Source of the DNA: Candidatus Thorarchaeota archaeon
Lineage (GTDB): Archaea; Asgardarchaeota; Thorarchaeia; Thorarchaeales; Thorarchaeaceae
Assembly (NCBI GenBank): GCA_003345545.1
Contig: PRDH01000015.1
Coordinates: 1 to 64,000, forward strand
DNA length: 64,000 nucleotides
Direction of reading: 5' to 3'
Below the pieces are notes generated by a model. The model was not told the origin of the DNA. It saw only the letters and a program-made list of their open reading frames with translations, and did not search any database. The translations under genes were made by a program, and so were the position numbers. How positions within the stretch are numbered: position 1 is the stretch's first letter; every line of letters begins with the position of its first letter. This document shows, one piece after another, positions 36,518-46,167 of this stretch.

Positions 36518-37846
36518 ATGACGGAATACGAAAAACTAGTACCCCCAAAAAGGGGAAAGAAAATAACAGTCAAGAACGGTAAATGGACGGTTCCCGACAA
36601 TCCGATTGTTTGTTGGATTGAAGGAGATGGCATTGGCCCGGAAATCAGCAGTGTAATGCGAAAGGTTGTAGATGCAGCAGTCGAGAAAGCCTACAAAGGA
36701 AAACGAAAGATTGAGTGGTTCGAGATCTACGCAGGGAATAAGGCTCGTGCTCTCTATAACCCAAAAGTCACTGATGAGCAGCTCAAAGCGCTATCACCAC
36801 AAGACCAACGAAAGGCCTACCTGCCTGATGACACTCTGAAGGCAGTACGCGAATATCATGTCGCCATAAAAGGACCGTGCGAAACACCTGTTGGTAAGGG
36901 ATTTTCATCCATCAATGTTGGGCTTCGACAGTTCTTGAGCCTGGGTGTCTGCTTGAGGCCTGTTTGGCATATCAAGGGGGTTCCTGCTCCTGTCAATGAC
37001 CCCGATGCAATAGACATGGTCGTATTTCGCGAGAACCTAGAAGACATCTATGCTGGGATTGAGGCCTACCCGGGCTCTGAACAGGCCAAACAGATCATCA
37101 ATTTCCTTAGAACGGAATGGAAGGTTCCAGTTGACTCCGAGAGTCTACGAGATTCGTCTGGCATATCAATCAAGCCCATGTCCCCTGAGAACTCAAAGAA
37201 TCTTGTAAGGAGTGCCATCGAGTATGCAATAAAGATGAAACGACATGTCGTGACGATATGTCATAAAGGGAACATCATGAAGGCTACTGAAGGGCAATTC
37301 ATGAACTGGGGCTATGAGGTCGCCAAGGAGGAGTTCAGAAACGTCATTGTCACTGAGGAGGAACTCAACCAAAAGTATGGCGGCGATGTCAAGAAAGCAA
37401 TTGCCGATGGAAAAATCCTCGTAAATGATCGGATTCAAGATGCAATGTTCCAACAGGTCTTGCTTAGGCCAATGGAGTATGAGGTGCTGGCTATGCCTAA
37501 CCTCAACGGTGACTATCTCTCAGACCAGCTTGCAGCCCAAGTGGGCGGACTTGGCTTTGCACCGGGAGCGAATCTCAACGATAACATCTTCTTCGCTGAA
37601 GCAACTCATGGTACTGCTCCAAAACACGCGGGGAAGAATGAAATCAACCCAGGTTCAATCATTCTTTCAGCCTGCCTGATGTTGGAGCACATGGGATGGG
37701 GTGAGGCATCGAGCATCATTAGGTCTGCGGTTTCGAAGACAGTAGAGTCAAAGAAAGTGACCTATGACATTGCTCGCCAATTGACACCCCCGGTTGAACC
37801 CATATCGACAACAAAATTCAGTGATGAGATCATAAAGAACCTCTAG
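36518..37846 (+). CDS. icd: Isocitrate dehydrogenase (E. coli Icd-type, probably NADP)
   Basis: IEGDGIGPE, AIKGPCETPVG, FRENLEDIYAGIE, HKGNIMK, NLNGDYLSD, EATHGTAPK. Start ATG 36518. Confidence 0.95.
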   Translation: MTEYEKLVPPKRGKKITVKNGKWTVPDNPIVCWIEGDGIGPEISSVMRKVVDAAVEKAYKGKRKIEWFEIYAGNKARALYNPKVTDEQLKALSPQDQRKAYLPDDTLKAVREYHVAIKGPCETPVGKGFSSINVGLRQFLSLGVCLRPVWHIKGVPAPVNDPDAIDMVVFRENLEDIYAGIEAYPGSEQAKQIINFLRTEWKVPVDSESLRDSSGISIKPMSPENSKNLVRSAIEYAIKMKRHVVTICHKGNIMKATEGQFMNWGYEVAKEEFRNVIVTEEELNQKYGGDVKKAIADGKILVNDRIQDAMFQQVLLRPMEYEVLAMPNLNGDYLSDQLAAQVGGLGFAPGANLNDNIFFAEATHGTAPKHAGKNEINPGSIILSACLMLEHMGWGEASSIIRSAVSKTVESKKVTYDIARQLTPPVEPISTTKFSDEIIKNL

Positions 37847-38022
37847 TCATTGAAGTAGACCTGGTCCTATCAAGGACCGGATCAGTTCATCCAATCCCTC
37901 ATCAGATGGATATACAAAGAGTGGCAACCACTTCAGGGTTGCCACAGTGCTGGATAGCTCATAGGTCATAATCTTAGCCGAGAGCCTTCCTCAATAGGCT
38001 GGGACTACGAGTAATAGCCTGC

Positions 38023-38469
38023 TTAGAAAGTGATGACGAGTTCCATGTCGTGGCTGGTCACATCAGGTCGACCTTTGACGCCAATCACGCCTTTCATCAT
38101 CCAAGTATTACGGGCGTTCATGCTACGGTAGGTCGGAGGCACGCTTGAGGGTAAGGGGAGACTGAAGGGGATGCTTTCCCTGAAACCACTAGTGAAATGT
38201 CTTCCTCCTGCCACAGTGAGCTTACCTTGATGAAGTGTGCTGGTCTGCTCGGCGGTCACAGGTACCTGCTTGTTCTGAACCATCTTGTTTTGGGTGGCTC
38301 GGGTCCATTCGTTGACCCAGATCTCAATACGGAGTTCATCGGCGTCGAATTCTTCCGATGCCGAAATATCGAGTTTACCTTGCAGCGGCTCTCTTAGGCT
38401 GAACGTTCCCTTGTCAAGCAGCACTGCAATAGACGCGTTTGGTGCTTTTAGCTTACCAAGAAATCCCAT
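38023..38469 (-). CDS. Single-domain arrestin-N/Spo0M/Vps26-fold protein
   Basis: Beta-sandwich pattern ...LQGKLDI...ELRIEI...PFSLPLPSSVPPTY...WMMKG.I.V..RPD. Confidence 0.65.
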   Translation of the reverse strand: MGFLGKLKAPNASIAVLLDKGTFSLREPLQGKLDISASEEFDADELRIEIWVNEWTRATQNKMVQNKQVPVTAEQTSTLHQGKLTVAGGRHFTSGFRESIPFSLPLPSSVPPTYRSMNARNTWMMKGVIGVKGRPDVTSHDMELVITF

Positions 38470-38911
38470 AGACTTCACATCATTTTATGTATTGAACCCA
38501 GATTATGCTGGGTTGCGTGCCATACTGAGGAGGCTGTTCATTTAGCATTTGCGCCTATTGCTTGAAACATGACTGAAGATTGACCTCGAAGCTGGGTGTG
38601 CCTGCAATCTGACCCGCCAGACGTTCCCCTAGCTCGACCTCGTAGGTGCACTGACTGAGAGACAAAATCACTATTCTACTGAGCCATCATACTGAACCAA
38701 CCTTCAAGCTTGTCCACTCCTTCGAGCCGAATAGTTGTGTCTTGCTCTGTAGGAATAGGTGTTATGATGTCTGATTTCCATCTTTTGAAGCATCTTGAAA
38801 CGTAAAGAGGCGAAATATGTTCTATGAATTGTGCTAGCCGACCACCGTTCATAGGATACAGAATGGTGGTTATTAAAGGAGAAGTCGAGGATGGTTCTGG
38901 TGAACTATATA

Positions 38912-40198
38912 ATGAAACACAATGTTTCGAAAGTATTGCTGCTTGCACTGATGTTTCTATTGTTAGCATCATTTTCTCCTGCTATTGCATTTTCAAACAG
39001 TCAGAGTGATGATGCTACTACTGGAACCAAGCACGCGCAGTCTGACGATAACAGTACCATTACTGATGATGACGACGAGCATGAGCTCGATGAGCATCGG
39101 GATGATGATGGGACTGCTTGGATAGAAACTGACATCATGACGGTGACTCTGAGTCCGGAGATGCCGACCTACCAGTATTGGTATGCAACTGACAACAATG
39201 GGAGTCTTGCTCGTTTCATGATCAGCTACAGAATGATTGTTGAGTTTGAGGACTCCAATGGCGACGGTGTCTTCCAAGCCAACGAAACAATCGCCTTTGC
39301 GCCGCTTGATGCCTTCGAGTGGAGCCTTCAAACCGGGACTATCACTGATAGTCTTGACCAAGTTGTAGAGGTCTTTGCCTCGTACACAAAGGGCGGCTTG
39401 AGTGGTGAGTGGGAGGACGATTGGTTCGAAGACTGGATGCCCGAGCTTGGAGATGATGGTGAGGGCGATGACAACTCAACGCTCTTGGCCAGTGATGGTG
39501 AGAGCAACTACAACTTCACAAGATTCTCCGAAATGACCCTCCGTTTCTATGGTCACATCTACACGACTGACACCGAGGGAAATGTCACTGATGACTTTGG
39601 CTTCCAATCCAATTACACCGTTGCTGGCGGATCGGAACTCAAGGTAGACATTGAGATCGGAAACTTTCCATTCCTCTCGAACACTTCGAAGGTTGCAGTA
39701 CTGAATTATATGCGAGAAGACGTTGCGTCAACAGATGATTCAGATCACTTCTTCAGGCTTCATGAGGATGATAGCGATGATGAGGTTGAGTCCGAGGATA
39801 TATCTGATGACCATGGAACAATGTTCGAAGACAAGGATGATGACCATGATGGTGAAGATGATAGCATTCAACAGCTCTCAATTGTTGATGATGCCACCAA
39901 CACTACTCGCGGGCTCTATACTTGGCTTGACAGGGCATTGATAACCTATCTGAACAGCACTCAAGTTGCAGTGGATGTAGGTGCTTCCTACTGGACAGAT
40001 GGGAACGGACTTCTGCTGTTCCTAGTATATCCTAACTTCGATGGAGGCTCCATCTTGCATGACCCATCAATGAAACTCCTCGAGGATGGAGCGCCAACAG
40101 GTGGTGCATCAGGAATTCTAGGTCTGGAAACAATCGCTTTGATTGGTGTCGCAGCAGCAATCATTGTAGTTGCCGGGCTGGCAATCAAACGCCGTTAG
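38912..40198 (+). CDS. Secreted, C-terminally anchored acidic surface protein
   Basis: Signal peptide, Asp/His-rich tracts, DSNGDG Ca-binding-like loop, many NxS/T sequons, C-terminal TM followed by KRR. Confidence 0.8.
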   Translation: MKHNVSKVLLLALMFLLLASFSPAIAFSNSQSDDATTGTKHAQSDDNSTITDDDDEHELDEHRDDDGTAWIETDIMTVTLSPEMPTYQYWYATDNNGSLARFMISYRMIVEFEDSNGDGVFQANETIAFAPLDAFEWSLQTGTITDSLDQVVEVFASYTKGGLSGEWEDDWFEDWMPELGDDGEGDDNSTLLASDGESNYNFTRFSEMTLRFYGHIYTTDTEGNVTDDFGFQSNYTVAGGSELKVDIEIGNFPFLSNTSKVAVLNYMREDVASTDDSDHFFRLHEDDSDDEVESEDISDDHGTMFEDKDDDHDGEDDSIQQLSIVDDATNTTRGLYTWLDRALITYLNSTQVAVDVGASYWTDGNGLLLFLVYPNFDGGSILHDPSMKLLEDGAPTGGASGILGLETIALIGVAAAIIVVAGLAIKRR

Positions 40199-40202
40199 TC
40201 TT

Positions 40203-40243
40203 GTAGGGGGAGTTCGCTCCCTCTACTCGACTTCTTTTTCTTT
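40203..40243 (+). terminator. Hairpin with T-rich tail
   Basis: GTAGGGGGAG-TTCG-CTCCCTCTAC then CTTCTTTTTCTTT, just after the stop. Confidence 0.75.
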
Positions 40244-40283
40244 CAAACAGATGGATTATTAGACTCTATGACAAGACAATGAG

Positions 40284-41297
40284 TTGGTCCTTATGCAGAG
40301 AACGACAGCACGCATCCTCGTGCTTGTATCAATCCTAGTTCTAGGTGTATTTGCCTTGAACAATCAAGCCAGCGCAGCATCCGGGACTCAGAACATCATG
40401 ATGACAGACATGCATGTTCATGCAGAACTGGGGGCTGACTGTTCATCTGAGGTCTTGATGGAAACAAATGTGATAAACATGGGACCGACCGACTTGAACT
40501 CGTTTGATATTAGAGTCGATGTACGAGGCCTGCTGGTGAATTCAGCCAATCTTAACGGATCTCTTGTTGATACCACCGTTTCTCCTCTGAGCAACTATGT
40601 GATTGTGACAGTTGAGCCCTATGCTCCTATTCCTTCAGGAGCTTCGATGATGCTGAATCTCAATTTCACAACGCAGTGTCTTCAGGAACGCATTGGCCTC
40701 AGCAGCGACGGCACAATGTACGTCAACCATTTAATCTACTATATTCGTCCTCTTGATGAGGTTCACAATCTCACTTTCGCAGCTGCACTCCCACCTCATG
40801 CTGTACTTGACTTAGAGGCTGCAGCACCGCTCTTTCCCAGCGCAACATCGAACCATACAGATGGCATAAGGACTGTATATGTCTGGAGGATGGATACTCT
40901 TCTCCCAGGACAGGAGGTTGCGTATATCATCAAGTACCTGATACCTGCAGCCCTTCTTGACACCCCAGCGACTATCACGGACAATTCCTTAGTCATTGGC
41001 ATACTCGCCGCAGTAGGTGCAGCGGGAGCTGTACTCATCCTTGAGCGGACACCAGCTTGGATAAAACAATTGAGGGCAAGAGAAGTCGTTGTCAGTGGGA
41101 GGATATCAAGTCAAGAACAAGAGATTCTTGATTTTCTTTCCTCTCGTGGAGGATCATGTTCACAGAGAGAGATCTATGCAGGTCTGGATATGTCCCAGGC
41201 AATGGCTAGTATGATGCTTACATCACTTGAGGAACGTGGTCTCATCAAGAGACTACGAAGTGGAAGAGAGAATATTGTACACATTATGGAAGACTAG
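40284..41297 (+). CDS. Membrane-anchored regulator: extracellular domain, TM, C-terminal winged helix (COG2512-like)
   Basis: Signal/TM, beta-rich domain, TM, EQEILDFL...GG...QREI...S..LTSLEERGLIKR.R.GREN. Confidence 0.82.
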   Translation: MVLMQRTTARILVLVSILVLGVFALNNQASAASGTQNIMMTDMHVHAELGADCSSEVLMETNVINMGPTDLNSFDIRVDVRGLLVNSANLNGSLVDTTVSPLSNYVIVTVEPYAPIPSGASMMLNLNFTTQCLQERIGLSSDGTMYVNHLIYYIRPLDEVHNLTFAAALPPHAVLDLEAAAPLFPSATSNHTDGIRTVYVWRMDTLLPGQEVAYIIKYLIPAALLDTPATITDNSLVIGILAAVGAAGAVLILERTPAWIKQLRAREVVVSGRISSQEQEILDFLSSRGGSCSQREIYAGLDMSQAMASMMLTSLEERGLIKRLRSGRENIVHIMED

Positions 41298-42217
41298 GAT
41301 TCTTCCACTTTGATACCAATCCGCTGCCATGCAGGTTCGCTCTTTCGCTGTATGTATTGAAGATGCGTGGCCAAACCGAATTCTTCTGGCTCATGGCCAA
41401 ATGCCAAGGCAAGTAGTTCAACAACATGAAGAATATCAAAGGTATACTCCTTTTCGAAGTACTTCTGAATCTCCACCTGGCCCATATCCAGTTGCAGCTC
41501 ACAGAATGGACATGGTGTCACAATCATGTCAGCGCCTCCGGCCTCAATCAGACTATCAAACTTCTGCTTTGTGAATTCGAGGGCGAGCTTCACATCTGCT
41601 GTTCTGACTGCGCCACCAGCACCACAACATATCAGCTCATCCTTGTAGGGAACATATTCGGCACCCGAGGTCTCACAGAGTTCTCGAAATATGTGGGGTC
41701 GCTCCGAATCATCTTTCTGTTTGACGCTCTTTGGTCGCATCCAATGACAACCAGGATGTAGAGCCATCCGGACCCCCTTTAGTGGCCGCGTGACCTGCTC
41801 ACGGATTTTCTCCAGACCTGCTATCTTGTACAGGGCATCAACATAGTGCCAGACCTCAATGGTTCCCTTGAATTCACGATTTACCTCTGCGAGGTTCTCG
41901 TTGACTTTTTCCCTGAGTTCGGCGTCATGTTTCAGTTCATGATTGGCATCCCATAAACTAGCAAAACAGCCATTACAACCGGTCGTGATTGGATGGCCAC
42001 CAGCTTCTGCAATCGTAAGGTTCCGAGCCGCGATTGTCGCCCAAGTCACTCGATCGAATGATCCAAAGACACCTGGAGCAGGACAGCAAGTGGCACCTTC
42101 CATATCAAGGAGTTCAATGCCAAGATCCTTGAAGACAAGCTTCGCTGCTTTTTCGACACTTGGATATCTATGAGGAATGATGCATCCAAGGAAATGGTAG
42201 AAGGATTTCTTAGCCAT
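41294..42217 (-). CDS. hdrB: Heterodisulfide reductase subunit B (second copy)
   Basis: FLGCIIPHRYP, CCPAPG, CNGC, HPGCH, CCGAGG, CPFC. Confidence 0.94.
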   Translation of the reverse strand: MAKKSFYHFLGCIIPHRYPSVEKAAKLVFKDLGIELLDMEGATCCPAPGVFGSFDRVTWATIAARNLTIAEAGGHPITTGCNGCFASLWDANHELKHDAELREKVNENLAEVNREFKGTIEVWHYVDALYKIAGLEKIREQVTRPLKGVRMALHPGCHWMRPKSVKQKDDSERPHIFRELCETSGAEYVPYKDELICCGAGGAVRTADVKLALEFTKQKFDSLIEAGGADMIVTPCPFCELQLDMGQVEIQKYFEKEYTFDILHVVELLALAFGHEPEEFGLATHLQYIQRKSEPAWQRIGIKVEES

Positions 42218-42219
42218 AG

Positions 42220-42765
42220 CTATTTCTCCTCTTTCTCAGCAACGAGCCTGTCAAAACCTGTCTTCTTTGCAATCTTGCGTAGCTCCTCGATTGCTTCGGG
42301 GTATCTGCTGGCATTGGGTGGAACTCGCTCAAGGCCAACCTTCTCACGTAGGTTTTGCCATGACTCGCTGTCTAGAGGGACTGCATGACCAGCTTGGAGC
42401 ACTTTTTGGGCTGTCTTCTGATGCGGGACTAGCATGTAACCCTCGGCAACAGCAATATTCCGAATTGCCTTGATGACATCAGTCGGTTTCACATCTTGTG
42501 GGCAACGATCAGTGCAGGTATAACAAGTAGTGCAGTACCAGAGTTCTTTTGCAGAGATGCACTGCTCCTTGAGGCCAAGGAGAGCCTTTCGAATAATCCC
42601 CCTCACAAGATAGTTAGTTCGTGCTCCGGCAGGACAGCTTCCACTACATGTGCCACACTGGTAGCAGCTCTGGATGTTGGGACCACCGATCTTCTTGATC
42701 ATCTGAACGAAGGAGTCATCAGGGAGGTCGATTTCGATTGTGGCTTTTTCCTCAGTACTGGTCAA
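42220..42765 (-). CDS. hdrC: Heterodisulfide reductase subunit C (second copy)
   Basis: CYQCGTCSGSCP, WYCTTCYTCTDRCP, GHAVP. Confidence 0.94.
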   Translation of the reverse strand: MTSTEEKATIEIDLPDDSFVQMIKKIGGPNIQSCYQCGTCSGSCPAGARTNYLVRGIIRKALLGLKEQCISAKELWYCTTCYTCTDRCPQDVKPTDVIKAIRNIAVAEGYMLVPHQKTAQKVLQAGHAVPLDSESWQNLREKVGLERVPPNASRYPEAIEELRKIAKKTGFDRLVAEKEEK

Positions 42766-43021
42766 GATAATGCACCGACAGGATGGAGGAGGTGATTTTC
42801 AGCCTTAAATTCATTACCAAAAGGTCACATTATCTGAGGCCTGTTCATCAGGTCTCTCGAATCAAAGGATTCCACCGCTACGATGGTGAGGTTGCGGCAT
42901 GAAAGATAGTATCTCTCGTGGGAGCATAGACAACAATACATTTGATTCAGAATTTCTGGACAACGCTACGGATGCATAAGCTAGCGGGCTCAGGGATTCC
43001 AAGCTGCGAAACGCTTGGCAT

Positions 43022-43939
43022 TCAGAACCATTTCTTCGCCACATAATAGACAACTAGCGCCATCACGATGCTTGAAGATAGCAATACCACAATGAAAGTA
43101 GCAATGCGATAGTCTATCGGCGCTGTAGTATTGCTTATAGTCGTTGAAGTGTTTGTGGCCACCTCTCCTGCTATGAACGGAGAGTCGGATCGGTCATACG
43201 AGAAATAGATACCATCCGTAGCACGAATCTCCACAATATAGGTGTCAAGCTTGTAGAATTGTGAGCAGTTCCAGTTGTACCACTTCTCTGTCAATGACGA
43301 TGCAACTGTTTCAAACGTGAGCCCGAGGTCAGACGAAACCCGAACATCATAGCGAAGAGAGTCATCGACGTTGATGTCATATGCATACCATCTGATTGTG
43401 TTCACGCCAGTCCACTCTTCGCCACCGTTAGGAGAGAGCACAGTGACCGCGGGTACGAAGTAATTGCCGATGTACACGTTTTGAAAGACTATGGATAGCA
43501 CAGTCCCATTTGTCAGCCATACAGTGGAATTAATGAAACATGTAGCATTGTTGCCCAGAGTCTTGGTGTCTATGACGAGTGTAGGCGTATCTTGTTCAAC
43601 TGCAATAGTTGCCGGAATCGCTGGCGCAACTACCTCAAGACGTGATCTGTTCACGACTGATGCACTCCATGCAGACCGGAGAATCACATGGTCACCAGCA
43701 ATGACTGAGTCAGATAGGACTGCAATCTCAGTCAGATTAGCAGGTGTATGGTATGTAAGATTCAGTTGAGGTGAATCAGCAGAGAGCGTGCTTGGATAGA
43801 GATCAATTGTAGTTATCAACGAATTCCCGGTATTGGGAGAGAATACCAGCATTGAAGATAGCATCAAGAAAACCGAGGCAATTACAAAGCAAAGACGAAA
43901 CCCATGCGGACTGTTGCTACTTTGAACCTGCTGTTTCAA
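43022..43939 (-). CDS. Membrane-anchored surface protein with Ig/Fn3-like domain
   Basis: N-terminal TM, VTVLSPNGGEEW...I.W motif, Thr-rich linker, C-terminal TM followed by KKWF. Confidence 0.75.
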   Translation of the reverse strand: MKQQVQSSNSPHGFRLCFVIASVFLMLSSMLVFSPNTGNSLITTIDLYPSTLSADSPQLNLTYHTPANLTEIAVLSDSVIAGDHVILRSAWSASVVNRSRLEVVAPAIPATIAVEQDTPTLVIDTKTLGNNATCFINSTVWLTNGTVLSIVFQNVYIGNYFVPAVTVLSPNGGEEWTGVNTIRWYAYDINVDDSLRYDVRVSSDLGLTFETVASSLTEKWYNWNCSQFYKLDTYIVEIRATDGIYFSYDRSDSPFIAGEVATNTSTTISNTTAPIDYRIATFIVVLLSSSIVMALVVYYVAKKWF

Positions 43940-44418
43940 TCTCCATCACCTTCTGAAAACGGTTGCTCTCTCCATACCTTCAGGGCTTCATACCATAGCA
44001 CCACACATACTGATACTAGGATACAAATCAGGGTAGCGGAGTACCAGTCAGCATACCAGATCAACAGAGAAGCAAAAGCTGCTGTAAGCGACGAGTACAG
44101 TGTTGCGTAGAACAGGTATCTTGGTACCAGGAGTCTACCCTTTCCAATGAATTGATTCAATATGCCTACTCGTACATCTCGTGTTACGCTGTACTGTCCA
44201 TGAACATCTTTCTCAACAAGGCCGTACTGACGCAGCCGCTCTAGATGGTGCATGGACAGCGATGGGCTTGAGAGATCAGCCCCACGCTGGATTTCTCTCG
44301 CAGTCAGTGGCTCTGGATGCCGAAGCATATACCAGTAGACTGACAGGGTCTTGCCTTTGATCAACTCGGCCAATTCTTCATCAGTAGGCTCCAATTTGGT
44401 CAAGACCCGCGACTCCAA
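43936..44418 (-). CDS. Winged-helix regulator with two C-terminal TM helices
   Basis: KTLSVYWYML...REIQR...SSPSL..HHLERL...GLVEK...G.Y; PRYLFYA followed by TMs. Confidence 0.85.
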   Translation of the reverse strand: MESRVLTKLEPTDEELAELIKGKTLSVYWYMLRHPEPLTAREIQRGADLSSPSLSMHHLERLRQYGLVEKDVHGQYSVTRDVRVGILNQFIGKGRLLVPRYLFYATLYSSLTAAFASLLIWYADWYSATLICILVSVCVVLWYEALKVWREQPFSEGDGD

Positions 44419-44608
44419 ATAGTTGATGAAGCTGTGACGGGAAATGACTCTTAAAGCCTGCTAATCAGCTCTTGACTACGGAGACCTCAAGGCAAGGCTA
44501 AAAAGGGGTATTCGTTTTTCATGACCCAAACATAGCACTCCATCGATGTCCAACTAGCGGGCTCTATGGTAGAATGAGCCTTACTGAACAAACAGGAGAA
44601 AGCCATAG

Positions 44609-44962
44609 ATGTCTTCGGTCCCAACACCAGTCACACCAAAACCCCCAAGGACGAGAGAGAGGGTACTAGTCATTCTCCAAGAGCAGTGCAAAGAGTGTGG
44701 GCTTTGCATAGAGTTCTGCCCCAAGAAAGTCCTGTGTTTTACAGACATCTATAATCGAAAAGGGTACCATCCTGTCACTGCGTGCGATATTGATGCATGT
44801 GTGAACTGCGAGTTCTGTGAGCGAATTTGCCCGGATATGGCTATTTTTCTTGCCGGCCGTGAAGAGGCAAAGAAGGCGTACAAAGCAGGGGCGCTTGAAG
44901 AGGGAACTGTAATCCCGGAGTTCGAGGCAAAGCCAGCAGAGAGGAAGGAGAAGTCAAAGTAG
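44609..44962 (+). CDS. korD: 2-oxoacid:ferredoxin oxidoreductase delta subunit (ferredoxin)
   Basis: CKECGLCIEFCP, NRKGYHP, CVNCEFCERICPDMAI. Confidence 0.88.
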   Translation: MSSVPTPVTPKPPRTRERVLVILQEQCKECGLCIEFCPKKVLCFTDIYNRKGYHPVTACDIDACVNCEFCERICPDMAIFLAGREEAKKAYKAGALEEGTVIPEFEAKPAERKEKSK

Positions 44963-46099
44963 ATGCCCGAGCGTATCATGTTCACAATGGGGGATATTGC
45001 ATGCGCTGAGGGTGCACTCTGTGCTGGTTGCAGATACTTTGGTGGATATCCAATCACACCTGCCACCGAGATTGCAGAATGGATGTCACAGAGAATGCCG
45101 CAAGTTGGTGGTGCCTATGTTCAGTATGAAGATGAGATAGCATCCATTACGAGCGTGATAGGTGCGTCATGGACTGGAGTGAAATCAATGACAGCTACCT
45201 CAGGTCCTGGTGTAAGCCTCATGCAAGAAGCAATTGGCCTGGCAGTGATGACTGAAACACCGCTTGTACTCGTGAACATCATGCGTGGAGGCCCAAGCAC
45301 AGGACAGCCCACAAGGGGTCAACAGGGCGATGTCATGCAGGCAAAATGGGGAAGCCACGGCGACTATCAAATAATCGCTCTCACTCCAGCATCAGTTCAG
45401 GAGATGTTCGACCAGACTATTCAGGCATTCAATCTGTCAGAGCGGTATCGAACGCCTGTCTATGTGCTGGCTGATGAAACCGTGGGCCATATGAGAGAGA
45501 AACTAATCATCCCTGATCAAAAAGACATATGGATTGAGAACCGCAAAACACCCACTGTGGAACCATCAGAGTATCTACCATTCAAAGCAGATGATGACCT
45601 CGTGCCGCCAATGGCTCTGTTGGGATCCAAATATCAGTTCTATGCCACCGGCTTGACTCATGATGAAAGAGGGTATCCAAGTGACAGCGAAGAAGTTCAG
45701 ATTGAACTCATAACTCGTCTCAGCAACAAGATACTCCGTAATGCGGATAAGATCATTGACGTCGACCGTGTAGAGCTGGATGATGCCAGAATCGCTGTGA
45801 TATCATATGGCACGCCAGCACGAAGTGCAAAGAGGGCCATCAAGATCGCTCGCGAGCAGGGTATCAAGGTCGGGATGCTAAGGCTCAAGACTGTGTGGCC
45901 ATTCCCTGAAAACGAGGTTGCACAGATTGCCACAGAGGTCGACCATATCATTGTCGCAGAACAGAACCTTGGACAGGTCTACTATATGGTGAAGGCTGCA
46001 GCTGCTTCGACACCAGTTCATCTAATGGCAAAGCCCGCAGGAATGCCGCAGCTTCCTAGCGAGATTCTTGACAAAATCAAAGAGATTGATGCGCAATAG
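44963..46099 (+). CDS. korA: 2-oxoglutarate-type oxidoreductase alpha subunit
   Basis: GYPITP, EDEIAS, TATSGPG, RGGPSTG, WGSHGD. Confidence 0.9.
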   Translation: MPERIMFTMGDIACAEGALCAGCRYFGGYPITPATEIAEWMSQRMPQVGGAYVQYEDEIASITSVIGASWTGVKSMTATSGPGVSLMQEAIGLAVMTETPLVLVNIMRGGPSTGQPTRGQQGDVMQAKWGSHGDYQIIALTPASVQEMFDQTIQAFNLSERYRTPVYVLADETVGHMREKLIIPDQKDIWIENRKTPTVEPSEYLPFKADDDLVPPMALLGSKYQFYATGLTHDERGYPSDSEEVQIELITRLSNKILRNADKIIDVDRVELDDARIAVISYGTPARSAKRAIKIAREQGIKVGMLRLKTVWPFPENEVAQIATEVDHIIVAEQNLGQVYYMVKAAAASTPVHLMAKPAGMPQLPSEILDKIKEIDAQ

Positions 46100-46167
46100 A
46101 GCCAACGGCTATTCTTGGTTCATGATGCTCTACACAGGGAAGAGTTAAGTCAAGAAGACGATGGAGT

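Noticed and set aside
38676-38972. 98-aa minus-strand ORF
   Set aside because: It overlaps the start of the surface-protein gene, has no motif or clear RBS, and is probably spurious.
42787-42796. Perfect SD AGGAGGTGAT (reverse complement equals the 16S rRNA 3' end ATCACCTCCT)
   Set aside because: No properly spaced start on the plus strand (only an overlapping GTG opening a 36-aa ORF), no flanking rRNA sequence, and it lies between the hdrC TATA-like box and its likely TSS.
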